Positions 23,226 through 33,553 of a stretch of 64,000 bases of DNA are shown here, piece by piece. The notes under the pieces are model-generated. The model searched no databases. It was not told the origin of the DNA and saw only the letters and a program-made list of their open reading frames with translations. Positions within the stretch are counted from its first letter, which is position 1. Each line of letters starts with the position of its first letter. This DNA comes from an uncultured delta proteobacterium (GTDB lineage Bacteria > Desulfobacterota > Desulfobacteria > Desulfobacterales > Desulfosalsimonadaceae). Both the position numbers and the translations under genes were made by a program. Location: the NCBI GenBank assembly GCA_963826785.1, contig CAWGYD010000010.1, forward strand, positions 96,001-160,000, read 5' to 3'.

Positions 23226-23924
23226 TTACGGATTTGCCTTGACCACCAGTTTCTGCCCCACCTGAATATTGCTGTCTTTGAGATTGTTTATTTCCTTGAG
23301 TGCATTGACGCTGGTGCCGTAGGTCTGGGCGATCCGGAAGAGGGTTTCTCCTTTGCGCACTTCATGATACGTCATCTGCTGCGATCCCGCCGGCTTGGGG
23401 GCTGCAGGCAAGGCTGCGGCCTTCACGATTTCAGGCTTTGCCGTTTTCGGCGGGGTTACGGCCGGCGCCGAGGCGACGGGACGTTCGGCAACGGCCTTTG
23501 CCGGGGTCAACTTCGCCTGCTTGATCTGGGTTTCGAGCGATTCGGTTCTTTTGGCCACGTCAGAGATCACCTCGGCATTGGATTTGATCCAGTTGACCAA
23601 TTGCTGATACTCAACGGAATTTTTCGGATCCATCCATTGCTGCCCCCCTGAATCCCTGAGCTCCTTGATATACTGCTCCATCACCCCGATCCGCTGTTCC
23701 ATGGAGTCCACCTGCTGCAGCAGGGCCGCGTCTCCGGAATTGCTTTCGGGTTGCGTTTTGGGATTGAAGAAGACAAACAGGATAATCAGCACGAACAGCC
23801 CGATGCCCATGAATATATAGGGAAGCGGGTTGCGGCCCATCAGTCCGCCGGAACCGCCGGGTTTCAAAGAAGTGTAGGGTTGCTCCGCCTCGTCGTCTAT
23901 ATCCGCGTCGGTTTTCCATTCCAT
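23226..23924 (-). CDS. Membrane-anchored LysM domain protein
   Basis: TM helix, coiled coil, Pro/Ala linker, then YHEVRKGETLFRIAQTYG...IQVGQKL. Confidence 0.87.
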   Translation of the reverse strand: MEWKTDADIDDEAEQPYTSLKPGGSGGLMGRNPLPYIFMGIGLFVLIILFVFFNPKTQPESNSGDAALLQQVDSMEQRIGVMEQYIKELRDSGGQQWMDPKNSVEYQQLVNWIKSNAEVISDVAKRTESLETQIKQAKLTPAKAVAERPVASAPAVTPPKTAKPEIVKAAALPAAPKPAGSQQMTYHEVRKGETLFRIAQTYGTSVNALKEINNLKDSNIQVGQKLVVKANP

Positions 23925-24176
23925 GATCGGTCCTCCAGTATTTCCGGTGAGATGATATTATCAAATGATATGATTACATTTTAAGCAGCATATGTTGATG
24001 ATCCGGTCCATCTGTCGGCCAGGCCAAAAGATGGACCTAAAATCGCATGGATTGCGGAATTAATCAATACAAACCCAATGTCTGGCCTAAGGTTTTTGAT
24101 ATGAGGTTATGAACACTTTCTTTTTTGTTTTTCAACGTCGAGGCCTTTTCATTGCCGGATTGGAGAAAATGCCGCC

Positions 24177-24205
24177 TTGACCTTATCCGGTTTATTTTTT
24201 ATATT
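24177..24205 (+). promoter_or_regulatory. Putative sigma70 promoter
   Basis: TTGACC-N17-TATATT upstream of the 24295-31585 co-directional gene run. Confidence 0.5.
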
Positions 24206-24294
24206 TTTGGGATTCATTTCAATTATTCTCATGAATGGCGAAAAAGCCGCCGGGGCGAAGGCGATTTGAGGCCCGGCCGAAACGCAGGATTCAG

Positions 24295-24558
24295 ATGAAA
24301 AAATATTCTCACGATTTTGTCGAAACCTATGATGGCATCGGTGCTTTTGGATGGAACAGGGAATCCGATGAAGATACCCTGGTATGTTATCTGCAGATGT
24401 TTTCGGATGATGAATTGATGAAAACCCTTAAAAAGCGCATGACCGATCCGGAACTCGAAGAAGTTTACACCCTGATCAACCGCCTGCTCAAAAATCACCT
24501 CAAAGATGCGGAATACCACCGGCTCTTTTTAAAAGAGGACCATCCCGAAACAAAATAG
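24295..24558 (+). CDS. Small helical hypothetical protein
   Basis: 87-aa ORF MKKYSHDFVETYDGIGAFG...EYHRLFLKE with AGGA upstream, first gene of the operon. Confidence 0.75.
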   Translation: MKKYSHDFVETYDGIGAFGWNRESDEDTLVCYLQMFSDDELMKTLKKRMTDPELEEVYTLINRLLKNHLKDAEYHRLFLKEDHPETK

Positions 24559-24613
24559 CGTTTCATCCGGTCCGCTTTAAACCGGGCTGGAACAACGAGA
24601 CAGGAGACTGACC

Positions 24614-25813
24614 ATGCTTACGGCAAAACAGCTTCAGCGATATGCGGACATCCTGCTGTGGGGCCTGAAGACTGCCCGGGCCGGACAGATCAAAAAAAAC
24701 GACATCATTATGATCCGCTATGATCTGCTGGCGATCCGCCTGGTGGAAATCCTGCATGAAAAACTCATCAAGATGGGCCTTCAACCGGTCCACCGGCTTC
24801 TGCAGACGCCTGTCATGGAAAAAAATTTCTACCGGTTGTCCTCCCCGCGGCAATTGTCATTCATCCCCCCCGGGGAAGAGGAGCTGTTTAATCACTTAAA
24901 CGGCAGCATCGCCATTTTGGCGCCTGAATCCCTGACCCATCTGAGCGGGATCGATCCCGGCAAAATCGCCAAGCCGGTCAAGGCGCGAAAGTACCTGCGG
25001 GACCTGCTGGACCGAAGAGAAGAAGAGGGGCAGTTCAGCTGGACCCTGGCCATGTACCCCACCGCGGCCCTGGCGGAGCATGCCGGACTTTCCATCGAGG
25101 ATTACACCCGGCAGATCGTGGGCGCCTGTTTTTTAAACCGCCAGGACCCCATCGCCCAATGGACCTCCATTTACAAAAATGCGCAGACCATCAAGAAATG
25201 GCTCAACCAGATGAGCGTAAAATTTTTTCACATCGAGTCCGACCATGTGGATCTAAAAATCACGCCGGGCAAGAACCGGAAATGGATCGGCATTTCCGGC
25301 CACAATATTCCCAGCTTCGAAATTTTCATATCCCCCGACTGGCGCGGCACCGAAGGCACCTATTATGCGGATCAGCCATCCTACCGCAGCGGCAACTACG
25401 TGCGGGGCATCACCATCCGGTTCAAGAACGGCAAGGCGGTTTCGGCCACGGCCGTTGAAGGCGAGCTTTTTTTGAAAAAGCAGCTGAACATGGACAGCGG
25501 CGCCAACAAACTCGGAGAATTCTCTCTGACCGACCGGCGGTTTTCCAAAATCAACCAGTTCATGGCCAATACGCTGTTTGATGAAAACTTCGGCGGCAGC
25601 AACGGAAACTGCCACGTGGCTCTCGGCTCTTCCTATTCCGACACCTATGACGGCAATCCATCCGAGTTGACCCGGGAAATGAAAAAAGATCTGGGATTCA
25701 ATGATTCGGCGCTCCACTGGGACATCGTCAACACGGAAAACAAGCGGGTGACCGCCCACCTGCTCACCGGTGAGAAGACGGTCATCTACGAAAACGGCAG
25801 CTTCACCTATTGA
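24614..25813 (+). CDS. Aminopeptidase, M29 (AmpS/AmpT) family
   Basis: NIPSFEIF, GEFSL, LFDEN, HVALG, SALHWD. Confidence 0.88.
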   Translation: MLTAKQLQRYADILLWGLKTARAGQIKKNDIIMIRYDLLAIRLVEILHEKLIKMGLQPVHRLLQTPVMEKNFYRLSSPRQLSFIPPGEEELFNHLNGSIAILAPESLTHLSGIDPGKIAKPVKARKYLRDLLDRREEEGQFSWTLAMYPTAALAEHAGLSIEDYTRQIVGACFLNRQDPIAQWTSIYKNAQTIKKWLNQMSVKFFHIESDHVDLKITPGKNRKWIGISGHNIPSFEIFISPDWRGTEGTYYADQPSYRSGNYVRGITIRFKNGKAVSATAVEGELFLKKQLNMDSGANKLGEFSLTDRRFSKINQFMANTLFDENFGGSNGNCHVALGSSYSDTYDGNPSELTREMKKDLGFNDSALHWDIVNTENKRVTAHLLTGEKTVIYENGSFTY

Positions 25814-25887
25814 TGGCGGCATTGTTGCCTTCCATCCATAATTTGGCCTTTCAAAATCTTTCTTTGACCACATAGACGCTTACGCAT

Positions 25888-27156
25888 TTGAAATCCATCG
25901 ACACCGCCATCATAAAAAGGCCGCTTCTGCTTGAAAATCCTGTCCAGCCCTATGCATGGGGGTCCTTTTCCGCCATTCAGGCGCTGACCGGCAGCACGGA
26001 AACGAACACCCCGTGGGCCGAACTGTGGATGGGGGCCCACCCCAAGGCGCCCTCGATGGTGGCCATCGGCGGCGAATGGATAGCGCTTGACCAACTGGTC
26101 CGGCAGCACCCGGAAGTGATCCTGGGCACGGCTTCGGCAAACAGGTTTGACGGGACCTTCCCTTTTTTATTCAAGGTGCTGGCGGCCGCAGCCCCGCTGT
26201 CCATCCAGGCCCACCCGAACCGGCGCCAGGCGGCCAGCGGATTTGACCGCGAAAACAAGCAGCGGGTCCCGCTTGATTCCCCAGGGCGAAATTACCGGGA
26301 CCCGTATCACAAGCCCGAGATCATCTGCGCCTTAAACCGCTTTACCGCGTTGAAGGGCTTCAGACCCGTCACGGAAATGAGGGACTGGCTGCAGACATTT
26401 TGCCCCTTTGGATTGGCCGATGAAATCAAAATGCTCATGTCTGATGGTGAAAATGGTCTCCGGCGGTTCTTTGCCACCCTGCTGACGCTTCCGGAAGCAC
26501 GGAAATTGAAAATCATCGGCGAGGCGTTGGGGCATGCCCGTGAAAGCGGCACAGATACACTGGAAGGCGGCTGGATCAACCGCCTCTATGATCAATATCC
26601 TGAAGATATCGGCATCCTTTCACCTGCCCTGTTAAACCTGATCGAACTTGAACCCGGCCAGGCGCTTTTTCTTCCGGCCGGCGAACTGCATGCCTATCTC
26701 GACGGCGTGGGCATTGAACTGATGGCCAATTCGGATAATGTCCTGCGGGGGGGGCTGACCCCCAAACACATCGATGTCGAAGAACTCATGGATGTCCTTA
26801 ATTTTTCGCCGTCTGCAACCCGCATACTGACGCCTGCCGCCCGGAGCGCGGCCGAGCGTGTCTATCCGGTCTGTGCCGAAGCGTTTTTCCTCTCCGTCAT
26901 CTCGGTTTCCGAAGACGTTGTCTTTGATTCGTCATCCGGGCGCGGTGTGGAAATTCTGCTTTGCATCGAGGGGCAGGGGCAAATCCGGTATGGGTCGGGT
27001 GATGCCCCGCTGACGTTATCGAAGGGGGCCGCCGCCCTGATTCCCGCGGCCTCTCCGCCCTACCGAATCACCGGAGATGCTCACATCTACAAGGCGGCGG
27101 TTCCAAATTCCGTCAAATTCGATGAGCGTTTAGACGACCTGGAGATGATATGCTGA
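25888..27156 (+). CDS. manA: Mannose-6-phosphate isomerase, class I
   Basis: YAWGS, AELWMGAHP, LSIQAHP, HKPE, HAYL.G..IELMANSDNVLRGGLT. Confidence 0.95.
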   Translation: MKSIDTAIIKRPLLLENPVQPYAWGSFSAIQALTGSTETNTPWAELWMGAHPKAPSMVAIGGEWIALDQLVRQHPEVILGTASANRFDGTFPFLFKVLAAAAPLSIQAHPNRRQAASGFDRENKQRVPLDSPGRNYRDPYHKPEIICALNRFTALKGFRPVTEMRDWLQTFCPFGLADEIKMLMSDGENGLRRFFATLLTLPEARKLKIIGEALGHARESGTDTLEGGWINRLYDQYPEDIGILSPALLNLIELEPGQALFLPAGELHAYLDGVGIELMANSDNVLRGGLTPKHIDVEELMDVLNFSPSATRILTPAARSAAERVYPVCAEAFFLSVISVSEDVVFDSSSGRGVEILLCIEGQGQIRYGSGDAPLTLSKGAAALIPAASPPYRITGDAHIYKAAVPNSVKFDERLDDLEMIC

Positions 27157-27791
27157 AGGTCAATGAGATATTTTACAGCATCCAGGGCGAATCCCTGTAC
27201 GCCGGATTTCCCTGCGCCTTTGTCCGGCTGGCCGGGTGCAACCTGAGGTGCAGCTACTGCGACACCGCCTATGCCTATTCTGATTCTACAGAGATGTCCA
27301 TCGAGGAGATCATCGACCGCATCGAATCCTTTGCCTGCCGACTGGTGGAAATCACCGGAGGGGAGCCCCTGCTCCAAAAAGACACCCCGGCGCTTACTGC
27401 AGCCATGCTCGATCGCGGGCATACCGTGCTCATGGAGACCAACGGCAGCCGGGATATCTCCCCGGTGGATGAGCGCTGCATCCGCATCGTGGACATGAAA
27501 TGCCCGGGAAGCAATCAAAGCGAAAAAAACGACTACGGCAACTTAAAACAGCTGACCGAAAGGGACCAGATCAAATTCGTCATTTCAGACCGCGCCGATT
27601 ACGATTTTGCCATCCGATTGATCCAAACCGAAGGAATCGATGCGCTGCACCAGACCATTTTGTTTTCGCCGGTTCACGGAAGACTGGCCCCCGCCCTTCT
27701 GGCCGACTGGATCCTTGAAGACCGATTGCATGTCCGTCTTCACCTGCAGCTGCATAAACTGCTGTGGCCCGGAAAAGACAGGGGAAGATAA
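27150..27791 (+). CDS. queE: 7-carboxy-7-deazaguanine synthase (radical SAM)
   Basis: [32 protein letters not shown]. Adjacent to queC. Confidence 0.92.
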   Translation: MLKVNEIFYSIQGESLYAGFPCAFVRLAGCNLRCSYCDTAYAYSDSTEMSIEEIIDRIESFACRLVEITGGEPLLQKDTPALTAAMLDRGHTVLMETNGSRDISPVDERCIRIVDMKCPGSNQSEKNDYGNLKQLTERDQIKFVISDRADYDFAIRLIQTEGIDALHQTILFSPVHGRLAPALLADWILEDRLHVRLHLQLHKLLWPGKDRGR

Positions 27792-27799
27792 TTACACAC

Positions 27800-28498
27800 A
27801 TGGATGACACGAAAAAAGCCATCGTTCTGCTCAGCGGCGGATTGGATTCCACCACCGCCCTTGCCGTGGCTAAATCCGAGGGTTTTGCCTGCTACGGGCT
27901 CAGTTTTGACTACGGCCAGCGGCATCGGACGGAACTGGACGCGGCAGGAAAAATCGCTGAACGACTGGGGGTCTTGCGGCACCTGGTGATGCAACTCGAT
28001 TTCACCGGCATCGGGGGGTCTGCGCTCACCGATGCCATCGACGTGCCCAAATCCCGGTCCGAAGAAGAGATGACCGGAAACATTCCCGTCACCTATGTGC
28101 CGGCCCGAAACACGATTTTTTTATCCCATGCCCTGGCCTGGGCGGAAGTGCTGTGCGCATCCGACATCTTTATCGGGGTCAATGCCGTGGATTATTCCGG
28201 ATACCCGGACTGCCGTCCCGAATACATCGAGGCCTTTGAAAAAATGGCCAACCTGGCCATCAAGGCGGCGGTGGAAAATACCCTTTCCATCCGCATCCGC
28301 ACGCCTTTGCTGCGTCTGAGCAAGGCCGATATCATCCGCAAAGGAGCGGCCCTGGGGGTGGATTATTCAATGACCCGCAGCTGTTATGATCCCGATGCGC
28401 AGGGTCGGGCCTGCGGACTTTGCGACAGCTGTCTGCTGCGCAAAAAAGGGTTCAAAGAAGCCAATATTCCCGACCCCACCCGGTATATGCCCCAATGA
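27800..28498 (+). CDS. queC: 7-cyano-7-deazaguanine synthase
   Basis: LSGGLDS, YGQRH, YVPARN, YPDCR, C..CGLCDSC. Confidence 0.95.
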   Translation: MDDTKKAIVLLSGGLDSTTALAVAKSEGFACYGLSFDYGQRHRTELDAAGKIAERLGVLRHLVMQLDFTGIGGSALTDAIDVPKSRSEEEMTGNIPVTYVPARNTIFLSHALAWAEVLCASDIFIGVNAVDYSGYPDCRPEYIEAFEKMANLAIKAAVENTLSIRIRTPLLRLSKADIIRKGAALGVDYSMTRSCYDPDAQGRACGLCDSCLLRKKGFKEANIPDPTRYMPQ

Positions 28499-29913
28499 TT
28501 GGTAATGTCGCCATTCTGCACTATCACCTGAAGCCCGGCGGGGTCACCACGGTGATCTCCCAGCAGGTCAACGCCCTCAAGGACGATTGCAATTTGCTGC
28601 TCCTGACCGGTGAAGCCCCCAGGGAGGCCTTTCCGGTCCAGACCCGGGTGATCCCCGGCATCGGCTATGACCGGCCCGGGGCAACCCCTCAGGACCCGCG
28701 GGTGACCGCCCTTCAGATCATCGATGCGATTCAAGCCGTTTTTCCCGATGGGGTCGATGTCCTTCACGTTCACAATCCCCTTCTGGCCAAGAACCGGCAG
28801 ATGCTGGACATCCTGTCCATCCTCTCGGACAGCGGCATTCCGCTGTTCCTCCAGATCCATGATTTTGCCGAGGACGGCCGGCCCGATGTTTACTTTCGGG
28901 ACTGCGCCTACCCGGGTGACTGTCATTACGGGGTGATCAATTCCAGGGACTATGGCATCATGGATAGTGCGGGTGCGGCAAAGGGGCGCCTCCATCTCCT
29001 GCCCAACATGGTGGACCCCTTTGATCTGGTTCCGGAAAGGACCCTCTCTCCGGCCTATGTTCTCTATCCCATCCGGGCCATCCGGCGCAAAAACATCGGC
29101 GAAGCCCTGCTGCTCTCCCTGTTTTTCCCCCGGAAACAGGCCCTGTTTATCACCCTGCCGCCCAATTCCCTGCCGGACTGGACCCGGTATGCGGAATGGA
29201 AAGCCTATGTTTTGCGCAATAAATTCAATGTTCGGTTCGAGGCCACCCGGTTTCATGATTTTACCGACCTGGTGCGGTCGGCTGACGCCATGATCACCAC
29301 CAGCATCACCGAAGGATTCGGATTTGGTTTTCTGGAACCGTGGACGGCCGGCCAGGTCCTCTTCGGAAGACGGCTTCCTGCGATCTGTGCGGATTTCGAA
29401 GAAAACGCCATGCGCCTGGAGCACCTCTATGACCGCATCGACATCCCCCTTGACCGGGTCTCCTTCGACCTGTTCTTTCACAAATGGAAAAAGAGCATCC
29501 TGGCCAATGCGCAAAAGTTCGGCGTGACCATATCCGAAACCGATATCCATGATGCGGCCGACCGGATAAAGGCGCGCGGCGCTGTGGATTTCGGGCTTCT
29601 GGATGAAAATTTTCAGAAGCAGGTCTTATCCGCACTGTTGACCGACGCCGGATTCAAAGACCAGCTGCGGACCATCAACCCGAAACTGGATATGTGCTTT
29701 CGTCTAAAAGACGCAGGGGACCGGATCGCCCACAATGATCATGTGGTGCGCACAGCTTATGGCGCAGACGCCTATCGGAAAAAGCTTCTTGAGATCTATG
29801 CATCCATGAAAGCAGATGTGCCCGTAACACCGATCGACAAGCAGCAGATCGCCAGGGCCTTTCTCCTGCCCGATGCCTTCAGCCTGCTGTCCTGGAGCGA
29901 AAATGAGCATTGA
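28495..29913 (+). CDS. GT-B fold glycosyltransferase (GT4-like)
   Basis: [34 protein letters not shown] (EX7E-like). ATGA coupling with queC. Confidence 0.8.
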   Translation: MIGNVAILHYHLKPGGVTTVISQQVNALKDDCNLLLLTGEAPREAFPVQTRVIPGIGYDRPGATPQDPRVTALQIIDAIQAVFPDGVDVLHVHNPLLAKNRQMLDILSILSDSGIPLFLQIHDFAEDGRPDVYFRDCAYPGDCHYGVINSRDYGIMDSAGAAKGRLHLLPNMVDPFDLVPERTLSPAYVLYPIRAIRRKNIGEALLLSLFFPRKQALFITLPPNSLPDWTRYAEWKAYVLRNKFNVRFEATRFHDFTDLVRSADAMITTSITEGFGFGFLEPWTAGQVLFGRRLPAICADFEENAMRLEHLYDRIDIPLDRVSFDLFFHKWKKSILANAQKFGVTISETDIHDAADRIKARGAVDFGLLDENFQKQVLSALLTDAGFKDQLRTINPKLDMCFRLKDAGDRIAHNDHVVRTAYGADAYRKKLLEIYASMKADVPVTPIDKQQIARAFLLPDAFSLLSWSENEH

Positions 29914-30745
29914 AACCGTAATGGCCGCCCATGTCATCCCCATGCAGCCGGTGCCCTCCAGTGTTACGGCAAACCTCGATCTCATACGGCCCGTTCGGGC
30001 GGTTCTCTTCGATATCTATGGAACACTGTTGATCAGCGGCGCAGGGGGCATCCGGACATCCAAACGCAGCCGGGCATCTGACGAAAAGGTGGACTCGCTG
30101 CTGAAAAGATATGCAATCGATCTTTCCGCAGGGACGCTTTTTAATCAGTACATCCATGAAATCGAAGCCGCCCGTGCGAAACTCAAATCACAAGGCATCG
30201 CAAACCCGGAAGTTGACGTCGAAAGCATCTGGGCAAAGATTCTGCCGCTTTCCGATCCGTCCGTCATCCGAAACTTTGCCGCGGAATTTGAAATGCTCAC
30301 CAACCCGGTCTATCCCATGCCCGGGCTTTTGCCCATGCTCGAACATCTGCGCTCGGCCGGAGTAGTCCTGGGGCTGATTTCAAACGCCCAGTTCTTCACG
30401 CCGCACCTGTTTTCACTGTTCTGCGGCGCGCTCCCGGAACAGCTCGGTTTTTCACCTCAGCTTCTGATCTATTCCTATGAATACGGAAAGGCCAAGCCTT
30501 CCCCGCTCCTGTTTGACCTGGCCTGGGAAAACCTGGAAAAAATGGAGATCGATCCCGAATCGGTTTTATATGTGGGAAACGACCTGCGAAATGATGTCCG
30601 GTCGGCACAAGAAGTCGGGTTCATGGCCGCCCTGTTTGCCGGCGACCGGCGCTCCCTGAGGCTTCGCCAAGACGATCCGGGCTGCAAAAACATCGCGCCC
30701 GACCTGGTAATCACACATTTGGAACAACTGAAAGAGATTATCTAA
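29903..30745 (+). CDS. HAD-superfamily hydrolase/phosphatase
   Basis: FDIYGTL, ISNA, KP, YVGND..ND motifs. Overlaps the GT stop. Confidence 0.87.
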   Translation: MSIETVMAAHVIPMQPVPSSVTANLDLIRPVRAVLFDIYGTLLISGAGGIRTSKRSRASDEKVDSLLKRYAIDLSAGTLFNQYIHEIEAARAKLKSQGIANPEVDVESIWAKILPLSDPSVIRNFAAEFEMLTNPVYPMPGLLPMLEHLRSAGVVLGLISNAQFFTPHLFSLFCGALPEQLGFSPQLLIYSYEYGKAKPSPLLFDLAWENLEKMEIDPESVLYVGNDLRNDVRSAQEVGFMAALFAGDRRSLRLRQDDPGCKNIAPDLVITHLEQLKEII

Positions 30746-31585
30746 ATGCTCAAACACACCTTCTGCCATCTCACCCGCATCGGCGAAAAAACAGAAGACC
30801 GGCTGTGGTCTGCGGGCGTGGACTGCTGGGACCGCCTGGCCCAGGCCATGAATGACAATCACCCCGTGGGCGTATCGACCGGCTTTGCCCGGCACGAACT
30901 TGCGGCGTCATCGACGCATCTGGCCGCCAAAAATGCCGCCTGGTTTGCCCAGAAGCTTCCGTCTCACCAGGCCTGGCGGATGTTTCCGGACTTCAGGGAA
31001 GAGGCGGCTTACATCGACATCGAAACCACCGGCCTGACCATGCCCGACATCACCACCATCGCCCTCTATGATGGAAAGCAGATCAAGTGCTATGTCAATG
31101 GAGAGAACCTGGACCAGTTCAAGAAGGACATCTTTGATTACAAGATGATCATTACTTACAACGGCAAATGCTTCGATGTTCCCGTGATCGAATCTTTTTT
31201 CGGCATCCGGCTCACCCACGCCCACATCGATTTGCGCTATGTTCTGAAAAAGCTCGGCTATTCCGGTGGTTTAAAGAAATGCGAGCAAAAACTGGGCATC
31301 AGCCGCGGGGAATTAGACGGTGTGGACGGGTATTTCGCCGTCCTGCTGTGGCAGGAATACGTCGCCCATCAGGACCGCAAGGCGTTGGAAACCCTGATGG
31401 CCTACAACATCGAGGACGTGATCAACCTGGAGTCGCTGATGGTGAGTGCATACAACCTGAATATCAAAAACCTCAAATCCCTTTCCATCGCACCGATCAG
31501 TGACCCCTTGTCCCCCCTTCCCCCGGTCTATCCGGACCCCAAGACCATATACCGGATCAAGTCCCGGATCGCGGCAATGTATTAA
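30746..31585 (+). CDS. RNase H-like 3'-5' exonuclease domain protein (YprB-like)
   Basis: YIDIETTGL, TYNGKCFDVP, HIDL, GGLK..E..LG, YNIEDV. Confidence 0.85.
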   Translation: MLKHTFCHLTRIGEKTEDRLWSAGVDCWDRLAQAMNDNHPVGVSTGFARHELAASSTHLAAKNAAWFAQKLPSHQAWRMFPDFREEAAYIDIETTGLTMPDITTIALYDGKQIKCYVNGENLDQFKKDIFDYKMIITYNGKCFDVPVIESFFGIRLTHAHIDLRYVLKKLGYSGGLKKCEQKLGISRGELDGVDGYFAVLLWQEYVAHQDRKALETLMAYNIEDVINLESLMVSAYNLNIKNLKSLSIAPISDPLSPLPPVYPDPKTIYRIKSRIAAMY

Positions 31586-32673
31586 TTTCCACCCAGTTCG
31601 CCCTTGAACTCATCCATGGCCGCCCTGATGGGTATGGCAAATCCAAGCCCCTCAAACCCGCGCGTCAGTTCTTTCATGGTATTGATGCCGATCACCCTGC
31701 CCTCCTCGGTGATCAAGGGCCCGCCGCTGTTTCCCGGGTAAATTTTGGCATCCGTCTGGATATATCCGTCCCTGAAACCCGAGACGATGCCGCGGCTCAC
31801 GGAATCGGATAGATTCATGGGGCTTCCGATGGCGCATACCGCCTGTCCCTGGACCAGGTTTTGAGATCCCACAGATGCAATAGCCGGGGTAATATAGCCG
31901 TCCACCTTCAGAAGCGCCAGATCCTGGTCCTGGCTGGCGCGAATCAGATAGGCATCCAGCTCCGCCCCATCCTTTAAGGTCACTTTGACATTTCGGGTGA
32001 TCCCGGCCATGGCCACTGTGGTCTGATAATTTGATTTCTGCCCCTTGTATTTCTGCTTGCTGTTTTCATATTTCTGCTTTTGACGCTCATGCCGGTCCTT
32101 CCACGCGGTAAAATAGGCAAGATCGTCCTGATATTTCTTTTCAAGGGCATTTTTCCGGGAAGATCTGTCCGGAATCAAATCCAATTCACTTTTTTCCCGT
32201 TTCAAAAATTCGGAAGCTTCTTCGAGCCGCTTCGCTTCCAGTTCAAATCGGGTGTCGGCAAATTCGATTTCCGAATCGACATATTCAAAGGTTTCCTCCG
32301 CCCGCTCCACCTGGGTTTCATCACCCCGGATGACGTGGCGGTTCGTGATGATATACCCATCCTGGGAGACAAAAAAGCCGGATCCGATGCCGATTTCCGA
32401 GGTGATCTTCACGGCGGAGAGCGATGCTTCCTCGATTTTGTTGCGGGGCGGATATTTTGCATAAAGCATGCGTTTCAGGTCTTTTACGCCCGGCCCCTGC
32501 GTCATGCCATCCATGACTTCCATCTTTTGCAAATCATCGGTGGAGGGGGTATCGGTGAAAACCCAGTTTCCGTTTTCATCCTGATATTTATAGATCTCGG
32601 CCCCCGCCTCGGGCGCCAGAGCAAAACAGGTCATGCAAAAGAAAATAACGGGCAGCAGGGTATAGCGTGTCAT
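31582..32673 (-). CDS. Secreted trypsin-like serine protease with N-terminal DUF4124-like domain and coiled-coil insert
   Basis: Signal peptide, IYKYQDENGNWVFTDTP, GSGF, TNRHV, DLALL, GNSGGP. Confidence 0.87.
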   Translation of the reverse strand: MTRYTLLPVIFFCMTCFALAPEAGAEIYKYQDENGNWVFTDTPSTDDLQKMEVMDGMTQGPGVKDLKRMLYAKYPPRNKIEEASLSAVKITSEIGIGSGFFVSQDGYIITNRHVIRGDETQVERAEETFEYVDSEIEFADTRFELEAKRLEEASEFLKREKSELDLIPDRSSRKNALEKKYQDDLAYFTAWKDRHERQKQKYENSKQKYKGQKSNYQTTVAMAGITRNVKVTLKDGAELDAYLIRASQDQDLALLKVDGYITPAIASVGSQNLVQGQAVCAIGSPMNLSDSVSRGIVSGFRDGYIQTDAKIYPGNSGGPLITEEGRVIGINTMKELTRGFEGLGFAIPIRAAMDEFKGELGGN

Positions 32674-33236
32674 GATTTCTTCCCGATGGAAAATGCGTCC
32701 CCGATAAATTTGCCGATGCCGTGATATTTGCGTGTTTCCGGGCTGAAAATAACGGGGCGGACCTTCTCAATGTCGGCTTTGCCGTCGCCGGCCAGCATGT
32801 CTTCATCGATTTTGACATCCATGATCTCACCTACAAAATGTGTGTGCAGCCCGATCTCGTAATGATGGATCACCCTGCATTCGACGATCATGGGAAACTC
32901 CTTCACATACGGGGCGTCCACCAGTTCGGAACGCTCCGGGGTCAATCCGGTGTCTGCGAATTTATCCGTATTTTTCCCCGATGCCATACCAAAATAATCG
33001 GCGGCTTTGGCATGTTCTTCAGACGGCACACTGATGGTATACGCCTGCCGCTCCATGATATTGCCATAGGTGTAGGTGGCCTTGCGCAGGGAGACGGTCA
33101 TGCAGGGCGGCTGGGAGCAGCATATTCCGCCCCAGGCAATGGTGGCCGCGTTCGGCTTTCCGTCCTTGTCATAGGAGCCGACACACCACACCGGCGCCGG
33201 AAAAATCAAAGTTTTTGCTCCAAGTGACTTTTTCAT
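32670..33236 (-). CDS. Flavin reductase family protein (flavoredoxin-like)
   Basis: MKKSLGAKTL.FP.P, NAATIAWGG, DYFG.ASG...DKF, ECRV, HTHFVGEI. Confidence 0.88.
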   Translation of the reverse strand: MKKSLGAKTLIFPAPVWCVGSYDKDGKPNAATIAWGGICCSQPPCMTVSLRKATYTYGNIMERQAYTISVPSEEHAKAADYFGMASGKNTDKFADTGLTPERSELVDAPYVKEFPMIVECRVIHHYEIGLHTHFVGEIMDVKIDEDMLAGDGKADIEKVRPVIFSPETRKYHGIGKFIGDAFSIGKKS

Positions 33237-33509
33237 GAATAAGCTCCTTTTGGTTTCGAATTTACAAACAGATCAATCGGATCAAGATGGGCGATGAAGA
33301 ATAGACGATTAAGCACATCAAATCATGCATATGATAATGTCCTTTTCTCCCCCCATCCAGAAAAAAGCTGAAGCATCCAAAATTTGAAGTATTCCGGAAC
33401 ACAAGAGCGGATGTAAATGCAGATCGATTTTAGCGGGTGTCGTATTTAATGTCAAATTCAGGAAGAGGAGAAAGAATATGCCAGGCAGGGAATATAGATT
33501 GATCCTTTA

Positions 33510-33539
33510 TTGCACTGCGCCCTTATCCGGTGATATACT
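33510..33539 (+). promoter_or_regulatory. Putative sigma70 promoter (extended -10) for the AsmA/CHAT operon
   Basis: TTGCAC-N18-TATACT with TG just upstream of the -10 element. Confidence 0.45.
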
Positions 33540-33553
33540 CCCCTTCTCTTTAG

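Noticed and set aside
27150..28498. queE/queC as a 7-deazaguanine DNA-modification (Dpd) defence island
   Set aside because: No dpdA/tgt paralog, helicases or mobile context. This is consistent with ordinary queuosine synthesis.
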